Positions 20,879 through 29,465 are shown, counted from the stretch's first letter. The stretch: 64,000 nt of DNA from Candidatus Omnitrophota bacterium (GCA_016935525.1 JAFGQU010000023.1:64897-128896); one strand, 5' to 3'. Numbers and translations: made by a program. Notes: a model not told the origin generated them from the sequence alone.

Positions 20879-21463
20879 CTAGAGACGGATAAGGTAAAGG
20901 ATTCCTTTACGCACAAGCATTACCGCGATTGCCGCTAAAAGAAGGCTGGTGATCTTAGAAAGGACTTTCGCGCCCGAAACACCGATTATTTTGATCAATA
21001 CCCGGGATAACGAAAAAATTATTCCGGCCAAACACACATTTACCGCGACCGACCATAACGTGACCATCACTCCGTATTGGCCGATAAGGATCAACGAAGT
21101 AGTAAGTACCGCCGGCCCGACAATAAGCGGAGTACCCAGGGGGACCGCTCCTAATTCCTGAGAAGGAATGCGGCGTTTTTTTCCGGGAATGACCATATCG
21201 ATGATCGCGATACAAAACAGGACTATTCCTCCGGCGATCATAAAATCACCCATAGTAATACCCAAAAACCCGAATACCGCCTGCCCGATAAACACAAAAC
21301 CGATCGCGACCAGAAGCGCCGTCACTACCGACTGCATGATCACCCGTATCTTTTTTCGGGGATCCAACCCCTGGGTAAGCGAGATGAAAATCGGTAACAC
21401 CCCCACCGCATCGACTGCGACAAAAATCGGGATAAACGCGAGCAAAAACTTTTCAACTGACAT
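20879..21463 (-). CDS. MarC family (UPF0056) integral membrane protein
   Basis: 194 aa, six hydrophobic helices, and the N-terminus FIPIFVAVDAVGVLPIF typical of MarC/YhgN. Confidence 0.75.
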   Translation of the reverse strand: MSVEKFLLAFIPIFVAVDAVGVLPIFISLTQGLDPRKKIRVIMQSVVTALLVAIGFVFIGQAVFGFLGITMGDFMIAGGIVLFCIAIIDMVIPGKKRRIPSQELGAVPLGTPLIVGPAVLTTSLILIGQYGVMVTLWSVAVNVCLAGIIFSLSRVLIKIIGVSGAKVLSKITSLLLAAIAVMLVRKGILYLIRL

Positions 21464-21478
21464 GTAAAATCCTTTCTT

Positions 21479-21639
21479 TATTCGGCCCTATCACGGATCG
21501 CTTTCACTCTCAAAGGATCTACGCTGACGATCTCCAGTAACGCTTCGCATTCGGCGCAATGGAACGTATCGGATGCTTCTAAATCCGATTCCAGATTAAA
21601 CTCTTCCGCGCAGACCGGACATTTTATCTTCGCTATCAT
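21479..21639 (-). CDS. Small 53-aa zinc-ribbon protein resembling LysW/ArgW amino-group carrier proteins. It is absent from the ORF track.
   Basis: Manual reverse-strand translation gives MIAKIKCPVCAEEFNLESDLEASDTFHCAECEALLEIVSVDPLRVKAIRDRAE*. It has a CPxC...CxxC zinc ribbon and an ECEALLEIVSVDPLRV segment closely matching LysW CEDCGAELEVVGLDPLRL, and it ends in a C-terminal Glu. An AGGAGG lies 3 nt before the ATG. Confidence 0.55.
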
Positions 21640-21683
21640 AGGCCTCCTTTATTCGAGAACATTTATTTTTTACCTGCTCTCGG

Positions 21684-22160
21684 TTATATCCCGTGAGTAC
21701 GGATCTTTTTATAAAAAATGACTAAATCGTCACCGGCCCCATAAAAATCCGGGATGATCCCGCTCTGAATAAACCCGCGCTTCCGGTAGAAATCGCAGGC
21801 GATCGCGTATTCTCTGCGGGTAGAAGTCTCAACGCGAATAAGCGCTTCACTCGTACAAGTCAAAATAAACTCTTCCGCCCGCTGCATCATCTTTTTCCCG
21901 AGCCCCTTACCGTGATACTTTTTATCGACGATGAGCCAGTAAATATCCCAGGTAGATCGAGTCATAGGGGTCTGGCCAAAAAGAAGAAAACCGGCGGGCC
22001 CGGAGCCTTGCGGTATTTCTTCATGAATAAGCCGGTAATTCACATCGGGTTTTGCAAAACAATCTTCCAAAAGTTCCCGCAATACCACGCACTCTTCGGG
22101 ATGGAATATACCGGTGCTTCGGGCAATATCTATATATCGTTCGACTGTCGTCTCTACCAT
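21684..22160 (-). CDS. GNAT family N-acetyltransferase
   Basis: 158 aa with an acetyl-CoA binding motif of the form HGKGLGKKMMQRAEEF (Q/RxxGxG/A). Confidence 0.75.
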   Translation of the reverse strand: MVETTVERYIDIARSTGIFHPEECVVLRELLEDCFAKPDVNYRLIHEEIPQGSGPAGFLLFGQTPMTRSTWDIYWLIVDKKYHGKGLGKKMMQRAEEFILTCTSEALIRVETSTRREYAIACDFYRKRGFIQSGIIPDFYGAGDDLVIFYKKIRTHGI

Positions 22161-23221
22161 ATTCTCTTTTTGCGGTAATGACGCAAAGCCATCGCGATCA
22201 ATCTGGTAATAAATTCTTCGTAACGATACCCTTTATGGTATACCTGCCGCAGCAGGCCGCTGTCCCGGTTGATATCGGGATTAGGATTCACATCCAGCAC
22301 AAACAGTTTTTCCCGGCGTTGGCGGATATCGACGCGAAAATATCCCCGTCCTCTCACGAGACCCCCTACCCGCTGGCAGATATCGTATAACTGTTTTTTC
22401 ACCGTTTTAGAGATGATCTCGGTCACCTCCGGCACGATCGCATGGTATTGGACCGAATCGATGTTCCACTTGGCGTCATACGTAAGAAAAGGCGAAAAAT
22501 CCGTATACCGCTCATAATCGATCACCGAAATCCCCAGGACTTCATAGGGGTAGTTTCCCATCATACCTACGTTATATTCTTTTCCGGGAATAAATTCTTC
22601 GATAAGCACCCCTGAAGGAAATTCTGATAATTTTTTTTCGGCTTTTTTTAAAAGTTCCCGGGAACTCCACACCAACGAATCATTATCAATACCTACGCTG
22701 GCGTCTTCGGAGGCGGGTTTTATGAAAAAAGGCGGCTCGATAGTAACCCGGTCAATATCTTCGATATTGCGGATCAAATATCCTTTGGGAACGGAAATCT
22801 CGTTCTCTTCCAACAAAGCCTTCAGAACGGATTTATTCAGACATTTCTCAAGAGTATAGGCTGAATTTCCGGTAAACGGAATATCCATTTTTTCCAACTG
22901 AGCGGCAAATTCGGCTTCTTTTTGCGGTTGGTCACCGAACCCTTCGAATAGATTGAACACACAAAAAGCCTTCATTGCCTCCAACATATCCCTGATGTTT
23001 TGCGGGCCGTAAAAATCCTCTTTACTTACCCTGAGCGTCTCGACAGTATAGTTTCTCGCCCGTAAAGATTCTTCAACCGCATCCCGGCACCGTAACGCAT
23101 CTATGACGTCTCTGCGGGCGACATCATCCTTTGCGATAGCGATGACTATCCGCTTCTCTTTTTTGTTCATATTTTTAGTCAGGAAAAACTTCAGGTATCG
23201 TAAGAAGAACCGGTCTCCCAC
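22154..23221 (-). CDS. ATP-grasp ligase (D-Ala-D-Ala ligase / RimK-LysX-like fold)
   Basis: FFIKPASEDASVGI, VLIEEFIPGKEY and RGYFRVDIRQRREKLFVLDVNPNPDI match ATP-grasp B- and C-domain motifs. The true start may be MNKKEKR near 23170. Confidence 0.7.
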   Translation of the reverse strand: MGDRFFLRYLKFFLTKNMNKKEKRIVIAIAKDDVARRDVIDALRCRDAVEESLRARNYTVETLRVSKEDFYGPQNIRDMLEAMKAFCVFNLFEGFGDQPQKEAEFAAQLEKMDIPFTGNSAYTLEKCLNKSVLKALLEENEISVPKGYLIRNIEDIDRVTIEPPFFIKPASEDASVGIDNDSLVWSSRELLKKAEKKLSEFPSGVLIEEFIPGKEYNVGMMGNYPYEVLGISVIDYERYTDFSPFLTYDAKWNIDSVQYHAIVPEVTEIISKTVKKQLYDICQRVGGLVRGRGYFRVDIRQRREKLFVLDVNPNPDINRDSGLLRQVYHKGYRYEEFITRLIAMALRHYRKKRIW

Positions 23222-25428
23222 CGAAAACCGTACCGCGTAAATGCCGCCTTAAGCAACATCCTTACCAGTTGCCGGTAACTCCCTCCGTGTAAACGGTAAA
23301 GGATAGGCAAATCGCTGTAGAGCGGCGAGAGCCCCGGTAACGGATTGATATCGATGACCTTAGGGACATTATCCTTATCCAGGCGAAAATCGATACGGGC
23401 GATATCGCGTAATTCCAGCGCCGAAAAAGCTTTTAACGCATATTCGACCACCCGGGCCCGGACTTCTTCGGCGATGGCATCCTGCGGGTAATACGCCACG
23501 GCTTTTTGCCATTGCCGTTTATTCTCGATAGAATAAATAAACGGGTCATTACTTGCCTGTCGCGGCCCGATTTTCATCATCCCGATCACACGGGCGTCAT
23601 GGCCGTTACCGCATATTCCGACGGTGATCTCATCGTGAGGCAGAAATTCTTCAATAAGTACCGGCTGGCGGTATTGCGCAAGAAGAGCTGTCCCTTGCAT
23701 TTTTAATTGAGCGAAATCACGCACCAGAGATTTTGAGAAGATCCCTTTAGAAGAGCCCTCCCACCGGGGTTTCATGATAAAGCTCTGATACGTAAGGAAA
23801 ATATTTTCTAACGAATCGATCTCCTCAGGACGGGAAACCATATACATACCGGGAACCGGTATCCGGGCCTGAGACAGAAAGGCGTGAGTCAGGTATTTAT
23901 CCAGGCTCACCCCCAAAGCGATCGGATCCGAACCGGAATAAGGGATCTTGAGCGCTTCTAACATCGCCGGCACCTGCGATTCACGGCTACGGGTATTACC
24001 GATACCTTCGGTAATATTCAGTATGAAATCCGGCCGGTGGGCTTTTATTTTTTCTACGAAGTTTTCCGCCTGCTCGAACAACAGGGTTTTAACCCCGCAG
24101 TGTTCGATCTCTTTTTTTAATTGTTCGATCGTCTCGATCTCGTCATACTCTTCTTCGTCATCATCGACCTTATCGTTTCGCTTCAGGTTAAAGGCGATAC
24201 CCACGGTGTTTACCTTGATCTTTTTCAGCGGCGCGCGGACTTGACGGGAATTTTCGGGATTATAGTAAAAAAATGGTTCCCCTTTATAATTTTCAAGGAC
24301 GATACCCTGCGGAGACGCCGATACCAGGTAGTTCGGCCCTAACGGCACTTTCCCTTTACCGTCGATGCCATCGACGACGAAGGTCGGGATACACATGCCG
24401 CTGGTATATCCGCGTAGATGCTTCAGGATATCTATCCCTTTTTCTACCGACGTACGAAAATGCCAGGTCCCCAGTACCGGGTCGCATTGGAAAAGATAAT
24501 AAGGCCTTACCCGTATCGCCTGAAGCTTCTGACAGAGTTCACGCATTACGTGAGGATCATCGTTTATCCCTTTCAGAAGGACCGACTGGTTACTGAGCGG
24601 GATACCGCACCTCTGCAGTCTCTGACAGGCTTGAGCGGCAGATTCGGTCACCTCGCGCGGATGATTAAACTGTATGTTCACCCATAACTTCTCATATTTT
24701 TTAAGCGTACGGCAAAGGTACTCATCGATCCTTTGCGGAAGTACTACCGGCGCGCGGGTCCCGATACGGATGACTTCTATATGCGGTATTGATGAGACCA
24801 TATCCAGGATATGGTCAAGCCGGGCGGTCGCCAGCGTCAACGGGTCTCCTCCGGATACGATGATCTCTCTGATCTCGGCATGGCTCTTTACATATTCCAG
24901 GGCACCCGCGATATCATGTAACGTCGGCTCGCTCGTTTTTTCCCGCCATAGACGTTTACGCGTACAATGACGGCAATACATGAAGCATCTTCCCGTTACC
25001 AATAATAGCGCCCGGTCCGGATAACGATGCACCAGATACGGATTAGGGGAAGTTTTTTCTTCTCCTAACGGATCGATCGTCTCGTGAGTCTCATCCATGA
25101 GCTCTTCCGGCGCGGGAATACATTGGCGGCGGATGGGATCGGCAGGATCATAATGGGTTTCGATCAAAGAAAAATAATATTGGGTAGTACGCATATGGTA
25201 TACCTGTTCGACTTCTTTTAACCGGGTATACTCCTGGGGGCAGACCATAAGCAGGTCTGCAACGTCATCTATCGATTTAAACGAGTGCCGGGATGCGGCC
25301 TGCCAATTTTTATCCTGTACGACAAGGTCCTTACATCCTCCAGGTTCCTCTTCTGATTTTCGCTCAACGTTCATGGTCACGTCTCCTTTACTTTTTACGA
25401 TCTGTCCGGTCACACGTCTCTTTAACAT
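23191..25428 (-). CDS. Fusion protein: N-terminal KamA-family radical SAM aminomutase (lysine 2,3-aminomutase-like), C-terminal ATP-grasp ligase
   Basis: The first roughly 400 aa contain the radical SAM CFMYCRHCTRKR motif and the PLP/Zn regions of KamA (NPYLVHRYPDRALLLVTGRC...). The C-terminal roughly 330 aa show ATP-grasp motifs (MKPRWEGSSKGI, IEEFLPHDEITVGICGNG, ARIDFRLDKDNVPKVIDINPLPG). The better start is probably MNVERK at 25374, where AAGGAG lies 9 nt upstream. Confidence 0.75.
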   Translation of the reverse strand: MLKRRVTGQIVKSKGDVTMNVERKSEEEPGGCKDLVVQDKNWQAASRHSFKSIDDVADLLMVCPQEYTRLKEVEQVYHMRTTQYYFSLIETHYDPADPIRRQCIPAPEELMDETHETIDPLGEEKTSPNPYLVHRYPDRALLLVTGRCFMYCRHCTRKRLWREKTSEPTLHDIAGALEYVKSHAEIREIIVSGGDPLTLATARLDHILDMVSSIPHIEVIRIGTRAPVVLPQRIDEYLCRTLKKYEKLWVNIQFNHPREVTESAAQACQRLQRCGIPLSNQSVLLKGINDDPHVMRELCQKLQAIRVRPYYLFQCDPVLGTWHFRTSVEKGIDILKHLRGYTSGMCIPTFVVDGIDGKGKVPLGPNYLVSASPQGIVLENYKGEPFFYYNPENSRQVRAPLKKIKVNTVGIAFNLKRNDKVDDDEEEYDEIETIEQLKKEIEHCGVKTLLFEQAENFVEKIKAHRPDFILNITEGIGNTRSRESQVPAMLEALKIPYSGSDPIALGVSLDKYLTHAFLSQARIPVPGMYMVSRPEEIDSLENIFLTYQSFIMKPRWEGSSKGIFSKSLVRDFAQLKMQGTALLAQYRQPVLIEEFLPHDEITVGICGNGHDARVIGMMKIGPRQASNDPFIYSIENKRQWQKAVAYYPQDAIAEEVRARVVEYALKAFSALELRDIARIDFRLDKDNVPKVIDINPLPGLSPLYSDLPILYRLHGGSYRQLVRMLLKAAFTRYGFRWETGSSYDT

Positions 25429-25559
25429 AAAATCACCCCGATAGCTTTTTCGTAAAAAAATCTAAAGAATATTTTCTTTCTATTTTTATTTTGGAAATCA
25501 TTTCACACAACGACGGAGGCTCGTCGCCGGCCGGATGATGTTCATCTTCACTGCCGAGA

Positions 25560-25934
25560 TTATGGATTGGCATTGTGCACCTCATTGGCCGGGGAGGGAC
25601 GTTCATTTTTTATTTTTTCCAACATCACCCGGTCGTTCTGCAGTTGTTCGAATGAGGAAAATTGGGAAAAGAAAAAATCGAGGATCTTTTTCTGTTCGTT
25701 CTCTATATTTTTATGGAGACTGTAATACATACTGTTCCCTTCCCGGCGGTCCGAGACGATTTTAAGTAATCTTAACCGGACCAGATGCCGGGAGATCACC
25801 GGCTGACTGATTCGGAGTATTGCCTGTATTTCTTTTACCATCAGCGGTTCGTTATTCATCAGAAGAAAAACTATTCTTAACCGTGTATCATCGGCCAGAG
25901 TCTTTAAGAATTGCCGGAATGATTTAATATCCAT
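25560..25934 (-). CDS. ArsR/SmtB family transcriptional regulator
   Basis: HTH LADDTRLRIVFLLMNNEPLMVKEIQAILRISQPVISRHL. It sits at the head of the KamA cluster. Confidence 0.8.
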   Translation of the reverse strand: MDIKSFRQFLKTLADDTRLRIVFLLMNNEPLMVKEIQAILRISQPVISRHLVRLRLLKIVSDRREGNSMYYSLHKNIENEQKKILDFFFSQFSSFEQLQNDRVMLEKIKNERPSPANEVHNANP

Positions 25935-26119
25935 ATTTGCTTATCTGTATATATCAATATCCCTATATATCAATTAAAGTATATACTATTTATCCTTTAT
26001 TTGTCAATATTTTTTTCATCTATTTTTTAAAAAATATACCCTCTACCGGAAAGGATCGGCCTGATGAGTATGAGGTAAATAGCTGACATAGATGGGGAAA
26101 ATTGGCCACAAATAAGGCG

Positions 26120-26160
26120 GGAAAAAAACAGCCGGAAAGGACTTTTTAGCCCTTTCCGGC
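26120..26160 (-). terminator. Rho-independent terminator downstream of flagellin
   Basis: On the minus strand, stem GCCGGAAAGG/CCTTTCCGGC followed by TGTTTTTTT. Confidence 0.7.
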
Positions 26161-26167
26161 ATAATTG

Positions 26168-26995
26168 CTATAATGATTGCAGTAATCCCAGCGCGAGACT
26201 CTGGGCACTATTGGCCTGGACTAACGCCGAAATCCCTGCCTGCACGATGATCTGCTGATTGGTCAAGTTGGTAGTTTCCTGTGCCAGATCAGCATTAATG
26301 ATCCGGCTCTTCGCCGCGGTCAAATTCTCAACTAACGCATCCTGCGCATCAGCACTCTTGGTAAACGCGTTACCTTGAGCACCAACCTGTGCGATTACCT
26401 GTCCGATTGCCGAGAACGCGTTAGAAAGAGCCTGTAACGCAGACGAAGCTGCGCCCTGCGAGGTAATAGATGTTGCGGAAATCGCAAGTCCACCACCACC
26501 ATAGGTCAACGCGCCGATCTGGATCGTAACATTATTAGCGGTACCTTCACCGACACGGATCGATACCGTCATCCCACCGGCTAACAGAGTCTGGTCTAAA
26601 AATTTGGTATTCAGAGCCAATCTCTGCATTTCCGGAAGGATCCGGGAATATTCCTCATTGAGCAAGCCGCGTTCGGAATCACTCAAGAGCCCGTTCATCG
26701 CATCAGACGCTAACTGATACAACCGTTCCAGATCTTCGACCATAATCGTCAAATAACTATCTGCGGTGTTAATAAGATCAAGTCCTAACTTTAAAGAATT
26801 AGAACCTGATTGCCAAGCGGTGATACTTTTCCCCAAACGAGCCGCTAATAAAAGCCCGGCCGGGTCATCTTTTGCGTTGTTAATTCTTTTCCCGGAAGCA
26901 AGTCGTTCCAGAGTAGTGTTGAGACCTCTCTGTTGTATACCCAGCTGCCGCTGGGCAGTCATCGATGGGATGTTACTTCTTATGTACAATGGCAT
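26168..26995 (-). CDS. fliC: Flagellin (short, 275 aa)
   Basis: Conserved N-terminus (AQRQLG...LERLASGKRINNAKDDPAG) and C-terminus (LTNQQIIVQAGISALVQANSAQSLALGLL) flagellin domains. Confidence 0.9.
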   Translation of the reverse strand: MPLYIRSNIPSMTAQRQLGIQQRGLNTTLERLASGKRINNAKDDPAGLLLAARLGKSITAWQSGSNSLKLGLDLINTADSYLTIMVEDLERLYQLASDAMNGLLSDSERGLLNEEYSRILPEMQRLALNTKFLDQTLLAGGMTVSIRVGEGTANNVTIQIGALTYGGGGLAISATSITSQGAASSALQALSNAFSAIGQVIAQVGAQGNAFTKSADAQDALVENLTAAKSRIINADLAQETTNLTNQQIIVQAGISALVQANSAQSLALGLLQSL

Positions 26996-27040
26996 TATTA
27001 CCTCCTTGTGTAATGGTAATCCTCCTTGATTACCTCATCC
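26996..27040 (-). promoter_or_regulatory. Flagellin 5' leader with two CAAGGAGG motifs (putative CsrA binding sites BS1/BS2, the second being the SD)
   Basis: The minus-strand leader reads aatCAAGGAGGattaccattacaCAAGGAGGtaataATG, a duplicated A(N)GGA-containing sequence as in the hag/fliC leaders of Firmicutes. Confidence 0.5.
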
Positions 27041-27295
27041 CTTTGCTTTACCGGATATCCCCTTTGTGGACATACCTCCCTCCTTTTCAGTCCACAATTA
27101 AAGGTGTAACACAAAAGTTAGCTCGGTTTCAAGGGGAGAATAACAACTATTTATATCATAACATATTGTGCGGCAGTATGTTATAAGATTTGCTCCCGCC
27201 TTTAGGCATTTTAAAACCCATGGGGCGGTCTGATTACGTAACTATATGTACAGTAATGAGTTATGGATATAAAGGGCGGGCTATGGATACGATAT

Positions 27296-27745
27296 TTAAT
27301 CCGTATCGATACGGGTACTCTGTTTAATAGTGGTCTCTATTCGCGGAGCCGATGCTTTCGCTTTTTCTACTTCGGCATGTTCCCGGGCGACCTCGGCAGA
27401 GGTACGCTGGGGCCCGCCTAAAAATTCCCAACCGATCTCGAGGAGGATCCCGTCTTTAAATATATAGGGGGTAAACTCATCATCGGTCGTCTCCCCATCG
27501 GGGATGTAAGCCGAACGGGCATAATAAATATCATAGATATGGCCGTCCCGGGAAAACCGTTCCTGAGGCTTACGATCGGCAAACCCCATCCTCTGCTGAT
27601 CCGGTTCTAAGAGAGAAAGCACCTTCGCTTTAGAATCGCCTAACTGAATATGGTCGTATGCCGCATAATAGTTATGTACCGCTTTCGGCACCCGGGCGCA
27701 ACCGGTAAAGATAACCAATAAAACGATCAACAGGTATTGTCGCAT
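27296..27745 (-). CDS. Lipoprotein of unknown function
   Basis: Signal peptide with lipobox LVIFTGC. 149 aa, hydrophilic. Confidence 0.6.
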   Translation of the reverse strand: MRQYLLIVLLVIFTGCARVPKAVHNYYAAYDHIQLGDSKAKVLSLLEPDQQRMGFADRKPQERFSRDGHIYDIYYARSAYIPDGETTDDEFTPYIFKDGILLEIGWEFLGGPQRTSAEVAREHAEVEKAKASAPRIETTIKQSTRIDTD

Positions 27746-28124
27746 TGAATATCCTCCTTTTCGTTATTTTATTATACTGGAAAGGCGGGAACAAGACAAT
27801 AAATCAGGTTTGTCCGTTGGCCCGTTCGCCGGTGAGCCCGTTCTACATATCTAAGCAATAGCCATTATCGTTTAACGCTTCCCTATGGGAAAGCCTCTTT
27901 ACATCTGGGCATAAATCTGATATAAATACTAATCCTTCCCTGAATGGTGGGCGTAGCTTCAATGAACCGCAGCTTACCGAAGGATAAGTTGCCTGGTCGA
28001 ATTGACCCCTGCGGGATTTCAGAGAAATCCCTTCAATCAAAAGAATAAATGATTTCCAGAGGAAATCAGCAGGGGCAGTTGGCAGAATCCGCTCTTTTAC
28101 AAGATATACGTTTTAATTCTATAA

Positions 28125-28201
28125 GGTGGGCGTAGCTCAGTTGGCAGAGCACTTGACTGTGGCTCAAGATGTCGCGGGTTCAAATCCCGTCGCCCACCCC
28201 A
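28125..28201 (+). tRNA. tRNA-His (GTG) with encoded G-1 and CCA
   Basis: Cloverleaf: G-1, acceptor GTGGGCG/CGCCCAC, D-arm GCTC..GAGC, anticodon arm CTTGA-CTGTGGC-TCAAG (anticodon GTG), T-arm GCGGG-TTCAAAT-CCCGT, discriminator C, CCA. Confidence 0.85.
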
Positions 28202-28241
28202 TTCTTGTCACCCAGCCGAAATAGGATTGAGGAAGGTTGTT

Positions 28242-28739
28242 ATGAAAAGTCATGAACTGCTGAAAATTTATGAAAACCTTCCGTTTTCTACGCAATTACT
28301 CAATTTCATTGATACTCATAATGATTTTGAGGATTCTTTAAAAATTTCAGCTTATCCTCGATTTAGATTCATCCCAATAATCATTTTATCTTATCCCCCG
28401 AATATACAAGATGAGGTTATTGGAATGTTCTATTTTGATACCGAGGAAAAAATTTTTAAGCAGGATTATGTTGTGAATGTTGACTTTGCCCATAAAAAGT
28501 TTGTTTCTTATTCAAGGATGTCGAAAGATTCTCACGAAACTGAATTCGTTAAAGGGATAGATACATTTTTCAATAAATATGGAAAATGGGATGGGCAAAA
28601 AGGTGAATTTTATTGTAGAAATAATGGGACGCGGCCTTGGATGCATCATTATCTCGGAATTGAAGATTTACCTGATGAAATACAAGATAGCGGGAAAAAG
28701 TTGCTCAGCAAAATATGGAAAAAGTGCGAATTGTTGTAG
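28242..28739 (+). CDS. Hypothetical protein in a low-GC (about 35%) region next to tRNA-His. No recognizable family.
   Basis: GGAAGG RBS 7 nt upstream of the ATG at 28242. GC content is sharply lower than the flanking DNA. The protein is rich in K/F/Y/D with no motif I recognize. Confidence 0.45.
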   Translation: MKSHELLKIYENLPFSTQLLNFIDTHNDFEDSLKISAYPRFRFIPIIILSYPPNIQDEVIGMFYFDTEEKIFKQDYVVNVDFAHKKFVSYSRMSKDSHETEFVKGIDTFFNKYGKWDGQKGEFYCRNNGTRPWMHHYLGIEDLPDEIQDSGKKLLSKIWKKCELL

Positions 28740-28837
28740 TTTTGACAACAACTCTCGACTCCTAGACTATCCTCTATCCGCTCACCGCTAAACGTCCGCC
28801 TTCGGCGAGACCTCGTCCATAGGCTGGCTACCCGCTA

Positions 28838-29323
28838 TTAAAAACTGAGGGTCGTACCCCTTGATACCGGCTCTTCTTCTTTTTTCTCTATCGTTATTTT
28901 CGGAAGCCGGATAGCTTTCGGCCTGGCAGTTTCTTTTATCTCTATTTCTTTTATCGAAGATTTTACGTCCAGTTTTGCCTGAATACGGGCGATCTCCCTT
29001 TCTAATAAAGCGATTGATTGTTGCAACTGGACGGTATTAGTATAGTTATCACCAAGAACGTTCTGTACCATTTGTTTGATCTCGGCTTTAGTCGGTTTAT
29101 GCGCATTCACTATTTGACGGACTTCTTCTCTATCGACCAATTGAGCCTTGGCTGTCGAGATCTCGCGGTTTAATTTTGTGATTTGAACAATACTGATGAT
29201 ATTCGAAATAAGAAGAACAAACACAAGACTGATCAAAGTAACCGCGTAAGGTAACATAAACGGTAACCACCGGGCCTGTTGCTTTATCTTAGTCCCTTTC
29301 AGCAACTTCTGTTTTTTTATCAT
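28838..29323 (-). CDS. Single-pass membrane coiled-coil protein (FtsB/DivIC-like septum protein?)
   Basis: N-terminal TM (LPFMLPYAVTLISLVFVLLI) followed by a heptad-rich coiled coil. 161 aa. Function is uncertain. Confidence 0.35.
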   Translation of the reverse strand: MIKKQKLLKGTKIKQQARWLPFMLPYAVTLISLVFVLLISNIISIVQITKLNREISTAKAQLVDREEVRQIVNAHKPTKAEIKQMVQNVLGDNYTNTVQLQQSIALLEREIARIQAKLDVKSSIKEIEIKETARPKAIRLPKITIEKKEEEPVSRGTTLSF

Positions 29324-29465
29324 TCTCCACCTCCTTAATGCCCCCGATATATCATCGGGAGATTCCCCTAAACTATTTTATACATGAACCCATGACATCC
29401 GTTGTGGCTCTAGCGCAACTCTATCCAGGTTTCTATTTTATATCAACTCTTCCCTCAGGTCAATT

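Noticed and set aside
25429-25559. Possible promoter or riboswitch upstream of the KamA fusion
   Set aside because: A lysine riboswitch would be a natural partner. I could not recognize the conserved L-box helices in this short AT-rich spacer, so there is no call.
27843-28040. 65-aa minus-strand ORF upstream of tRNA-His
   Set aside because: No RBS and no similarity. The region is better explained as a tRNA-His 5' pseudo-fragment plus hairpins.
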